From assembly GCA_964512165.1 (NCBI GenBank), contig CAZEHQ010000005.1:1-52086 (forward strand): a DNA stretch of 52,086 nt, given 5' to 3'. Each line of letters starts with the position of its first letter. Within the stretch, counting starts at the first letter, position 1. The position numbers were made by a program, and so were the translations under genes. Positions 37,118 through 45,423 of the stretch are shown here, piece by piece. Origin of the DNA: an uncultured Gemmatimonadaceae bacterium. Lineage in GTDB: Bacteria; Latescibacterota; UBA2968; UBA8231. The notes beneath the pieces were generated by a model. The model was not told where the DNA came from. It searched no databases and was given only the letters and a program-made list of their open reading frames with translations.

Positions 37118-40100
37118 GTGGGCGATCCCCTCGGCCTGGCGCGCGCCCTCCTCCGAGCCGGGTCGGGGGCCGCGGCGCTGCTCGGCGAGTCGGGATTCAG
37201 GGACCCGGAGTCGGCGGCCCGGTCCCTCGAGCGGCTTTGCGGTCCGGCGGCCGAGCCGCCGATGCCAGCCGGAGTGCTGGCGTCCATCCTGGCTTCCGGG
37301 CGGCCCAACCGGGCCCTGCATGGCATGGAGCGCTTCGTGGAGGCCTCCGGTCCCCGCGCCGAGCTCTACCCCCGCCTGGAGGCGTCCACCCCCTTGCGCG
37401 AGGGGCTCGCCCGCATCCTCGCCCACAGCTCCTTCCTCACCGATCTCCTGGTGCGCAGCCCCGAGCATCTCCACTGGCTGTTCGAGGAGACACCCCACTT
37501 GACCCGGCCGCTGCCCGCGGCCGAGCTGAGGGCCCGACAACAGCAATCCCTCCGGGGCCTCGAGGGGTCCGGCTGGGCAGCCGCCCTGCGCCGCTTCCAC
37601 GGTCGCGAGCTGCTGCGCATCGGCACGACCGAGATCCTCGGCTGCAAGGAGGTCTCCCAGGTGGGGCGGGAACTCTCGGAGCTCGCCGACGTCACCGTGG
37701 AGGCCGTCCTCGATCACCAGGCACGGCCCCTGCACCGGAGCCACGGCCGCCCTTCGACGGAGCGCGGACGCCCGTCCCCTTTCTGCGTCGTCGGCCTGGG
37801 CAAGTACGGCGGCCTGGAGCTGAACTTCAGTTCCGACATCGATCTGCTGTTTCTCTACGAAGAGGACGGCACGGTGGTGGACTCGAGGGGTGTCCAGGGT
37901 ATCGCCAACGGCGTGTTCTTCGACCGCCTGGCCGAGGGGCTGATCCAGCTGCTCACCGAAGTAACGCCCGAGGGCTTCCTCTACCGGGTGGACATGCGGC
38001 TGCGGCCCGAGGGGGAGCGGGGTCCGCTGACCCGCTCGCTGCGCAGCTACTGGATCTACTATGAGAGCCGCGGCGAGTTGTGGGAGCGGCAGATGCTGAT
38101 CAAGGCGAGGCGCGCAGCCGGCTCCTCCGGGCTCTGGCGGCGCTTTCGCGACATGCTGGTTCCCTTCGTCTATCCCGCTCACTTCACGGTCTCTCCGAGC
38201 GAGGAGATCCGGCGGATCAAGGAGCGCATCGAGGCCGAGGCGCGGAACCGGCCGGAAGGGGGGAACAACATCAAGCTGCAGCCCGGGGGGATCCGCGACA
38301 TCGAGTTCGCGGTGCAGTGCCTGCAGCTTCTCCACGGCCGGCGGACCGAGCGCACCCGGGCCGCCGGCACCCTGCCCTCCATCGAGAGGCTGCGGCAGGC
38401 GGGGGCCCTCTCGGCCGGGGAGGCCCGGGCCCTCGGGCAGGCCTACCGCTTCCTGCGGCGCCTGGAGAACCTCCTGCAGATCGACTCCGGCCGGCCGACC
38501 TACGCCGTCCCCGAGGACGGGTCGGAGCAGGCCGAGGCGCTGAGGGACCGGCTGCAACTCGGCGCCGGGAGCCTGTCGTCGTCGGTCGCCTCCCACCTGT
38601 CGGCGGTGCGGGGGGTGTACGAGTCCGTCTTCGGAAGCGCCCGGGGGCCGGCGTCGGACCCCGGCGCCGAGGACCCCCGGTGGCTTCTCGATGCGCCGGT
38701 GGGTTCGGAGGGCGTCCGGCGGTCCTTGGAGGCCGCCGGCTTCCGCCAGGCCGAGACCGCCCACCGGCTCCTGCGGCAGCTGGGGGGGCCCCGGCTGACC
38801 TCCTCGGGGCTCGACAACCTGAAGGAGCTGCTGGTCCCGCTTCTGCCGCAGCTGGCGGCCACACCCGACCCGGACGGGGCTCTCCTCCGGTTCGTCGGCG
38901 TCATCGACGCCTATGGGGCGCCGGGCGCCTTCTACGGAATGGCTCTCGCCCACCCGCGGTTCCTCTCCATGCTGGTCACGATCTGCGGCCGGAGCGCCCT
39001 TCTGGCGGGGCTGCTGCAGCGCGATCCGGGGCTGCTGGACGAGCTGGTCGGGCTCGACTTCAGCGGCCGGATGCCGCGCCTCGACCGGGCGACCCGCGTC
39101 GATCTCTCGCAGTTGCGGCGGTACCGCAACAACGCCCTCCTGCGGATCGGCACGGACGACCTGCTGGGACTGACTCCGAGCGAGGAGACCTTCCTGCGCA
39201 TCAGCGATCTGGCCGACGAGGTGGTCTCGGCCGTGGTCGACGACGCCCTTGCGGCGGTCGCCCGCCGCCGGGGCCGGCCCCGCAGCGGCCGCCGTCTGGA
39301 GCGGGACGCCCGGTTCGCCTGCTTCGCCGGCGGCAAGGCGGGTGGACGGGAGCTGGACTTCGCCTCGGATCTCGACCTGTTCTTTCTCTACGAGGGGGAG
39401 GGGCGAACCGGCCGGGGAGTCGACAACGCCGAGTTCTTCGACGCCGTCGTCCGGCAGGTCATCCAGGTCCTGGGCGAGGGACTCTTCGAGGTCGACGCCC
39501 GACTTCGGCCCGAGGGCCGAAGAGCGCCGGTGGTCATCAACCTGTCCGCCTACCGCAGATACCTGTGCACCCGTGCCTCCACCTGGGAGCGTCTCGCCCT
39601 TTCCAGGGCGCGCCACATCGCCGGGGATCGGGATCTGGGGCGGCGGGCCCTCCGGGCCGTGGACGCCTTCGTGTACGGCACTCCCCTGACCCCGGGGATG
39701 GTCGACGAGATCGCCGGCATACGGCGCCGGATGCAGCCGAAGGCGGTCCCGGGCCGGGGGGCGGTCCTCGACATCAAGCGGGGACCCGGCGGAATTGTGG
39801 ATGCGGAGTATATTGCCCAGATTCTGCTGCTCCATCACGGGCCCCGCCAGCGCGGCCTGAGAGACACGAGCACCCCTGTCGTCCTGGAGCGGCTGATCGC
39901 CGCCGGGCTCCTCGATGGGCAGGAGGGCGGCGCCCTGCTGGCCGCCTACGAGCGGCTGCGGCAGCTTCAGAAGGCCCTGCGCCTCGGCGAGGGGCACTCC
40001 AGCCATGTCCTGCCGGCCGACCCCGCGGCGGCCGGGATCCTCGCCCGGGCCATGGGCGCGGGCAGCGCCGACGTACTCGCCGAAGAGGTAACCGACCTGA

Positions 40101-40192
40101 TGGGGCAGACCCGGCGGCTCTTCGACCAGATCGTGGACAGAGTGCGAACCGAGACGGCCCGCCGGACCGTGGAAAGGCCAGACCCCGCATGA
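37118..40192 (+). CDS. glnE: Bifunctional glutamine synthetase adenylyltransferase / adenylyl-removing enzyme
   Basis: Two nucleotidyltransferase modules: GLGKYGGLELNFSSDIDLLFLYE..RVDMRLRPEG and GGKAGGRELDFASDLDLFFLYE..EVDARLRPEG. Each is followed by a GlnE-C region. About 1024 aa. Confidence 0.9.
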   Translation: MGDPLGLARALLRAGSGAAALLGESGFRDPESAARSLERLCGPAAEPPMPAGVLASILASGRPNRALHGMERFVEASGPRAELYPRLEASTPLREGLARILAHSSFLTDLLVRSPEHLHWLFEETPHLTRPLPAAELRARQQQSLRGLEGSGWAAALRRFHGRELLRIGTTEILGCKEVSQVGRELSELADVTVEAVLDHQARPLHRSHGRPSTERGRPSPFCVVGLGKYGGLELNFSSDIDLLFLYEEDGTVVDSRGVQGIANGVFFDRLAEGLIQLLTEVTPEGFLYRVDMRLRPEGERGPLTRSLRSYWIYYESRGELWERQMLIKARRAAGSSGLWRRFRDMLVPFVYPAHFTVSPSEEIRRIKERIEAEARNRPEGGNNIKLQPGGIRDIEFAVQCLQLLHGRRTERTRAAGTLPSIERLRQAGALSAGEARALGQAYRFLRRLENLLQIDSGRPTYAVPEDGSEQAEALRDRLQLGAGSLSSSVASHLSAVRGVYESVFGSARGPASDPGAEDPRWLLDAPVGSEGVRRSLEAAGFRQAETAHRLLRQLGGPRLTSSGLDNLKELLVPLLPQLAATPDPDGALLRFVGVIDAYGAPGAFYGMALAHPRFLSMLVTICGRSALLAGLLQRDPGLLDELVGLDFSGRMPRLDRATRVDLSQLRRYRNNALLRIGTDDLLGLTPSEETFLRISDLADEVVSAVVDDALAAVARRRGRPRSGRRLERDARFACFAGGKAGGRELDFASDLDLFFLYEGEGRTGRGVDNAEFFDAVVRQVIQVLGEGLFEVDARLRPEGRRAPVVINLSAYRRYLCTRASTWERLALSRARHIAGDRDLGRRALRAVDAFVYGTPLTPGMVDEIAGIRRRMQPKAVPGRGAVLDIKRGPGGIVDAEYIAQILLLHHGPRQRGLRDTSTPVVLERLIAAGLLDGQEGGALLAAYERLRQLQKALRLGEGHSSHVLPADPAAAGILARAMGAGSADVLAEEVTDLMGQTRRLFDQIVDRVRTETARRTVERPDPA

Positions 40193-41166
40193 GCCAGAGC
40201 CAACCCCCCAGCGCCCCCCATTCGCTGCTGCCTCCGGCGGCGGCGGTGGCCCGTATCCTCATGGGCCTGCTCTTCGTCGTGGCCGGGGCCGCCAAGTCCC
40301 TGGACCCTGTGGTGTTCTACTGGGAGGCGGTCTCCTATCTCGAGCTCGTCGACGTCGCCAGGGAGGCATGGCCCCGGATCGGAACGATCGCCCTGGTCCT
40401 GGCTCCCCTCGAGGTTCTGGTGGGCGCCGCCCTCCTCATCGGCTGGCGCCCCCGTTTCACCCTGCCCGCGGCCACTGGTCTGATGGTGCTGTTCCTGGCG
40501 GTCACCGGCCTGGCCTGGTACCAGCAGGCCAACATCGACTGCGGCTGTTTCGGCACTCTGACCAAGCGCACCCCCGGCGAGGCCTTCATCGAGGACGCCG
40601 TCATGCTGGGCCTGCTGCTGGCGGCCTGGCGCTGGGGGACGGAGCGCTGGTCGGCCGCCGCGTGGAAAGGCTCCACGTCCCTGGTTCTCGGGGCGGGGGC
40701 CTTGGTGGCGGCCGTGGTGTTCCTCAAGTTCGCCCCCGAGTCCGACCGGGTGGCCGGTTCCGACCTCAAGCCCGGCGTGAGGCTCACCGGGATCGAGCTC
40801 ACCGGCGCCGAGGGGATCGACCTGAGCGAGGGGCGCTATCTGGTGGAGCTGTTCAGCCCCCGGTGCGGCCGATGCAAGAGTGCCGTGCCCAAGCTCAACC
40901 ACTGGGCCGACACCCCCGGGGTGCCCAGAATCGTGGCCCTGAACGAGTACCCCCCGGAGGACGACTCACTGAAGGACTTCATCCGCCAGACGCGCCCGCG
41001 GTTCGAGGTCGCCTCCATCTCCAGTTCCGACTGGATGCGCCTCACCTGGCGCCACGGCTGGCCGCGTCTTGCCTACGTCGAGGATGGCGTCATCCAGCGT
41101 GTCTGGGAGTACGACCAGATGCCGTCCGCGGCCCAGTTGGCCCGCTTGGGCGGGGGTGGAGGATGA
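40189..41166 (+). CDS. MauE/DoxX-type membrane domain fused to a thioredoxin-like (TlpA/MauD-like, CxxC) domain
   Basis: N-terminal half: 4-5 TM helices ending in NIDCGCFG, the MauE-family hallmark. C-terminal half: YLVELFSPRCGRCKSAVPKLNHW (thioredoxin-fold CxxC). The ATG overlaps the glnE stop (ATGA). Confidence 0.7.
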   Translation: MSQSQPPSAPHSLLPPAAAVARILMGLLFVVAGAAKSLDPVVFYWEAVSYLELVDVAREAWPRIGTIALVLAPLEVLVGAALLIGWRPRFTLPAATGLMVLFLAVTGLAWYQQANIDCGCFGTLTKRTPGEAFIEDAVMLGLLLAAWRWGTERWSAAAWKGSTSLVLGAGALVAAVVFLKFAPESDRVAGSDLKPGVRLTGIELTGAEGIDLSEGRYLVELFSPRCGRCKSAVPKLNHWADTPGVPRIVALNEYPPEDDSLKDFIRQTRPRFEVASISSSDWMRLTWRHGWPRLAYVEDGVIQRVWEYDQMPSAAQLARLGGGGG

Positions 41167-41224
41167 GACGGCCTGCATGGCGCGAGGACCGAGTGACCTT
41201 GGACGGACGACCAGGAGAGTCGAG

Positions 41225-42511
41225 ATGACGACGGCGGCGGTGCAACTGGCGGTTCACGGAGGCCCGAGGACGCTGACGGCCGACGTGGGAGACCTCTTCA
41301 CGTGGCCCATCGTCACCGAAGAGGACGAAGCGGCGGTCCTTGAGGTCCTGCGCCGGGGGGCGATGTCGGGGACCGACGTGACCCACCTCTTCGAGGCGGA
41401 GCTGGCCGACTGGTTCGGGGCGGAGCACGTCCTGTGTCACAACACCGGGACCTCCGCCATCCACGCGGCCCTGTGGGCCGCCGGCGTGGGCCGGGGCGAC
41501 GAGGTCATCAGCCAGAGCATGACCTTCTGGGGCTCGAGCCTGCAGCTCTATTCCCTCGGCGCGACCGTCGTCTTCGCCGAGATGGACCCCCTCACCCTCA
41601 CCCTCGACCCGGACGACATCGAGCACCGGATCACCGAGCGCACCAAGGCGATCCTGCCGGTCCACTACTGCGGGCACCCCACTGACATGGACCCCATTCT
41701 GGAGATCGCCCGAAAGCACGGCCTCCGGGTCGTGGAGGACGTATCCCATGCCCAGGGAGGGCTCTACAAGGGGCGGCTCCTGGGGACGATCGGCGACGTG
41801 GGAGCCATGTCGATCATGTCTGGCAAGTCCCTGGCCTGCGGCGAGGGGGGGTTCCTGGTCACCGACGACGAGGAGATCTACGAGAGGGCCGCCGCCTTCG
41901 GCCACTACGAACGCACCTCGCGGCTGGAGCATCCGGAGCTGAAGTCGCTGGCCGGCCTGCCCCTCGGCGGCTGCAAGTACCGCATGCACCAGCTGTCCTC
42001 CGCCGTGGGCCGCGTCCAGCTCCGGCACTACCGCGACCGCATCGAGATCATCCAGGAGGCGATGAACCACTTCTGGGACCGCCTCGAGGGCACCCCGGGG
42101 ATCCGCCCCCACCGCCCGGCCGCCGGCTCCGGCAGCACCATGGGCGGCTGGTACGCCGCCAGGGGTCTCTACCTTCCCGAAGAGCTCGGGGGTCTTCCGG
42201 TGGCCAGCTTCTGCAAGGCGGTGAGCGCCGAGATCGCGGGGGGCGGATTCAGCGTCTCGCCGGGGGCCAACATCCTGCTGCACCTGCATCCCGTGCTCAA
42301 CGAGGCCGACGTGTACGGCGACGGCAAGCCGACGCGCATCGCCTTTGCCGGCCGCGACCTGCGCCAGCCGCAAGGGAGCCTGCCGGTGACCGAGAGCCTG
42401 CCTGACCGCTGCTACTCGATCCCCTGGTTCAAGCACAACCGGACCGAGGTGATCGATCAGTTCGCCGACGCCTTCCGCAAGGTCGCCGAGAACGCGGACC
42501 AGCTGGCGTGA
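41225..42511 (+). CDS. PLP-dependent aminotransferase of the DegT/DnrJ/EryC1/StrS family
   Basis: ..WP.VT.ED..AV.EVL..G..SG......FE.E.A.WFGA.H.L..N.GTSA.H.AL.A.GVG.GDEVI....TF..S......GA..VF..D..T...D; the Schiff-base region is SIMSGKSLACGEGG. Confidence 0.8.
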   Translation: MTTAAVQLAVHGGPRTLTADVGDLFTWPIVTEEDEAAVLEVLRRGAMSGTDVTHLFEAELADWFGAEHVLCHNTGTSAIHAALWAAGVGRGDEVISQSMTFWGSSLQLYSLGATVVFAEMDPLTLTLDPDDIEHRITERTKAILPVHYCGHPTDMDPILEIARKHGLRVVEDVSHAQGGLYKGRLLGTIGDVGAMSIMSGKSLACGEGGFLVTDDEEIYERAAAFGHYERTSRLEHPELKSLAGLPLGGCKYRMHQLSSAVGRVQLRHYRDRIEIIQEAMNHFWDRLEGTPGIRPHRPAAGSGSTMGGWYAARGLYLPEELGGLPVASFCKAVSAEIAGGGFSVSPGANILLHLHPVLNEADVYGDGKPTRIAFAGRDLRQPQGSLPVTESLPDRCYSIPWFKHNRTEVIDQFADAFRKVAENADQLA

Positions 42512-43344
42512 CGGCGGCGACGGACGGTCCCCTCGGCGCCCGCCTCTTCGGGTACGGGATCCTCTACCGCGCCCGCCTGAGGGACGAGGACGCCTCCGCC
42601 GCCTGCGATCCGCTGCCTGCGGACCCGGCCGAAGAAGCACGGGCCCTGGCCGATGAGTTGCGCTGCCACCTGGAGGGTGGTACCACCGGCACCGGTGAGA
42701 GCCCGGACGAAGTCGGCCTCTCCGTGCCCTTCGGGCGCTGCGGCATCGACGGCCGTCCTCTCGAGCATGTCCGCCTGTACCACGCGGCCCGGGCCTTCGT
42801 GGACGTCCTGACCCCGCGGGCGGCCGCTTCCTGGCCGGTACAGGAGGGCCGCGCGGTTCTCGTCTCCCCCGGGTCGGTGGTGCGCTTCCGCGCCGTTCCG
42901 CGGCCCGGACACCGCGTCCTGGTGGCATTCCAGACCGAGGACCGCTCACCGCTCCACGGGCATGCGGCGCCGCTGACGAGACCGGGGGAGCCCCCTCCCG
43001 CCGGAGCGGAGGCGCGCCTGCGCCGGACCACCGAGGCTTTCGCGGAACTGTGGAAGTCGGGCGGGGGATCCCGCCTGGAGTCCTTCTTCAGCGGGATGGC
43101 CGCGGCCGTCGCGGAAAACCCCCAGGTCGAGGCCGCGCGCCAGGCCGCCCAGGCTTCCGGCAGCTACGGGGCGGGCGCGGATCCGGCCCTCTTCGATCGC
43201 GCCCGAGCACTGCTGACCCCCGGCGTCCTGGAGCGGATCGCCGGCGGGGAGGAGCCGCTGTTCCGGTTTCCCGGCATGTTCGGCGCCGTGGCGCCCTTGT
43301 TTCCGCTCCTCGACGGAAGGGTGAGCAGCCCCTGGAAGGGATGA
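42508..43344 (+). CDS. Hypothetical protein (278 aa, no family recognised)
   Basis: High GC3 in this frame only. GTGA overlap with the aminotransferase gene and ATGA overlap with the aldolase gene argue that it is a real, co-translated ORF. Confidence 0.55.
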   Translation: MTAATDGPLGARLFGYGILYRARLRDEDASAACDPLPADPAEEARALADELRCHLEGGTTGTGESPDEVGLSVPFGRCGIDGRPLEHVRLYHAARAFVDVLTPRAAASWPVQEGRAVLVSPGSVVRFRAVPRPGHRVLVAFQTEDRSPLHGHAAPLTRPGEPPPAGAEARLRRTTEAFAELWKSGGGSRLESFFSGMAAAVAENPQVEAARQAAQASGSYGAGADPALFDRARALLTPGVLERIAGGEEPLFRFPGMFGAVAPLFPLLDGRVSSPWKG

Positions 43345-44075
43345 GGCACGAGATGGCACAGGGACTGAAGGACAAGATCCGCTCCCGGGAGCGGACCATC
43401 GGGTTCAGCGCTCCGGTGACGGCTACCGTCGAGCAGCTGACGCGGGCCCGGGACGAGCACGGTCCGTACGACTTCGTGGCCACGGACAGCCAGCACTCCG
43501 CCCTGAGCGAGCCCGCCCTCGTCGAGTTCTGCAACCGCGCCGACGAGGCCGGCCTGCCCGTGCGCCTGCGCATCAAGCACACGAGCCACACCTGCCTGAT
43601 CGGCAACCTCCTCGACCTCGGGCCCACCGGCATCGAGGTGCCACAGGTGGAGAGCCTGGAGACGGCGCGCGAGGCCGAGGCGAACATGTACTACCCGCCG
43701 CGAGGCGGGCGCAGCGTCGGGGGCGGGGCCCGGCGCCGAGTGCAGGACTTCGCCGACAGTCGGGAGTACGCGGACTGGTGGAACGAGAACGGCGTCCTCT
43801 GGCTCCAGATCGAATCCCTGAATGCCGTCCTCCACGCCCACACCTTCGCCCTGCCCGGCGTCGACTGCTTCTCCTTCGGTCCCACGGACCTGACCTTCGA
43901 CATCGAGACCCATCCCAACCCGCCGTACCGCCGGCTGGAAGACTGCGTGGAGGCGGTGGCGCGCAGCGTCGAGGGCTCGCAGACGGCGCTGTGCTACCGC
44001 AACGGAACCCCCGACACCCGCCGGCACTGGTCCGATCTGGGGGTGTCGGTCTTCCTCGAGCGGTCTCCTTTCTGA
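43341..44075 (+). CDS. HpcH/HpaI-family (class II pyruvate-dependent) aldolase / citrate-lyase-beta-like protein
   Basis: DFVATDSQHS (compare D.EH), PVRLRIK, LLDLGPTGIEVPQVESLETAREAEANMYYPPRGGRS, WLQIES..A......A.PGVDCFSFGPTDL. This is colinear with the HpcH_HpaI fold motifs. Confidence 0.72.
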   Translation: MRHEMAQGLKDKIRSRERTIGFSAPVTATVEQLTRARDEHGPYDFVATDSQHSALSEPALVEFCNRADEAGLPVRLRIKHTSHTCLIGNLLDLGPTGIEVPQVESLETAREAEANMYYPPRGGRSVGGGARRRVQDFADSREYADWWNENGVLWLQIESLNAVLHAHTFALPGVDCFSFGPTDLTFDIETHPNPPYRRLEDCVEAVARSVEGSQTALCYRNGTPDTRRHWSDLGVSVFLERSPF

Positions 44076-44106
44076 AGGCCCTTGCCCGAGCATGGGGAGA
44101 GCTGCC

Positions 44107-44736
44107 ATGACACGTCGCCACCGGAGTCTCCTCGCCGCGGCGCTGACATGCTGCGCCGGTTCGGCCGTCCCTTCGCAGTCGGACGTGGGCGCCTTCATCG
44201 CTGTCGTCGAGTTCGACGACGCGGCGAACCTCGAGGCGGCCCCGGGACTCGGTCTGCGCTGGGGGCGGTCGAGCGGGACCCTTGGCGGCGAGACCTCCCT
44301 GATGGTCTCACGCCCCGACCGCAAGGTGGCGACGGGTCTCTTCAGCACCAGCGAGTCGGCCACGGCCATCTTCTACGAAGGGCGGCTCTTCCTCAACCTG
44401 CCGGCGGGCACGATCCGGCCCTTCCTCAGCGCCGGGTACGGAGCGATCACCATCCTGCCCGGAGACCTCGAGAGTCCCCTTGCCAGCGAAGGCGACCGGC
44501 AGACGCTGGCGGCGCTCTCGGAAATCGAGACCAGCCACGCCTTCTCTTACGGAGTCGGAGCTCGCTGGTCTCTCGATCGCCTCGACATCCGCCTCGATCT
44601 GCGCCAGTACCAGGTGTTCTCCGTTACCGGTGCCGTGGTGGAGAGGGTAGCGGGGGAGGCCGCCGGCGCCCTCGTGCAGCGGCAGGGCCGGGTCACCAAC
44701 GGAGAGCTGTCGGCGGGCATCCTGTTCCGCTTGTGA
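44107..44736 (+). CDS. Small outer-membrane beta-barrel protein candidate
   Basis: Signal peptide MTRRHRSLLAAALTCCAGSAVPSQS, then alternating hydrophobic/polar strands (LGLRWG, SAGYGA, FSYGVGARWSL, DIRLDLRQY) and an aromatic-containing C-terminal strand ..AGILFRL. Confidence 0.55.
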   Translation: MTRRHRSLLAAALTCCAGSAVPSQSDVGAFIAVVEFDDAANLEAAPGLGLRWGRSSGTLGGETSLMVSRPDRKVATGLFSTSESATAIFYEGRLFLNLPAGTIRPFLSAGYGAITILPGDLESPLASEGDRQTLAALSEIETSHAFSYGVGARWSLDRLDIRLDLRQYQVFSVTGAVVERVAGEAAGALVQRQGRVTNGELSAGILFRL

Positions 44737-44788
44737 CCCGCGCCGGCGGGCACCGAGGGCGCGCCTGGGGATCGACACGGAGGCTCAG

Positions 44789-45421
44789 ATGAAGAAGCGA
44801 TCAGGAGGGCTGGTGCACCGCGTCGTGTGGGCGGCCTGGCTGGCAGCCGCCTGCGGCCAGAACTACAGCGACAAGCCGGCCGCCGAGGCCCTGGCGGAGA
44901 GGAACCTGACCCCCCTCCAGGAGTTGTCCTCCGCCTCTCCTCCGGAGGCGGGAGAGTCGCCGGTCCAGACCCTGGACGGGGGGGTGACGATCCGCGTCCC
45001 GGAGTCCTGGCAGCGGGTGCCCCCGAGCAGTTCGATGCGAGTCGCGGAGTACGCCGCTCCTTTCCCCGAAGGAGGCGAGGGGGCGACCCTGGCGGTCTTC
45101 AAAGGGAACATGGGCACCGTCGACGCCAACGTGCGGCGCTGGTTCGGCCAGTTCAGCCAGCCCGACGGCAGCCCTGCCCGGGGCCGGAGCTGGACCGTGG
45201 AGACCGAGGGCGGACTGCGGGCGACGATGGTGGACGTGAGCGGCACCTTCCGCGACGGCATGGGCATGGGCGATGCCCCCATCCGCGAGGGATACCGCAT
45301 GCTCGGCGCCATCCTCGGGGCCGGAGGCACCACCTGGTATCTCAAGTTCACCGGACCCGCCGGGGCCGTGTCGGCCCACGAGGAGGGATTCGACAGCCTG
45401 GTGCGCAGCATGGGGGACTGA
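44789..45421 (+). CDS. Lipoprotein of unknown function
   Basis: MKKRSGG..VVWAAWLAAAC has a lipobox Cys. The mature part is soluble. No family recognised. Confidence 0.55.
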   Translation: MKKRSGGLVHRVVWAAWLAAACGQNYSDKPAAEALAERNLTPLQELSSASPPEAGESPVQTLDGGVTIRVPESWQRVPPSSSMRVAEYAAPFPEGGEGATLAVFKGNMGTVDANVRRWFGQFSQPDGSPARGRSWTVETEGGLRATMVDVSGTFRDGMGMGDAPIREGYRMLGAILGAGGTTWYLKFTGPAGAVSAHEEGFDSLVRSMGD

Positions 45422-45423
45422 TC

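Noticed and set aside
41152-41166. C-terminal Gly-Gly endings (MauE::Trx ..LGGGGG, UbiA ..EPGG, DUF547 ..PGGG) as possible ubiquitin-like sulfur-carrier termini for the rhodanese::E1 enzyme.
   Set aside because: These are large membrane or secreted proteins, not beta-grasp carriers of about 70-100 aa. In a Gly-rich, GC-rich proteome, terminal GG is expected by chance.
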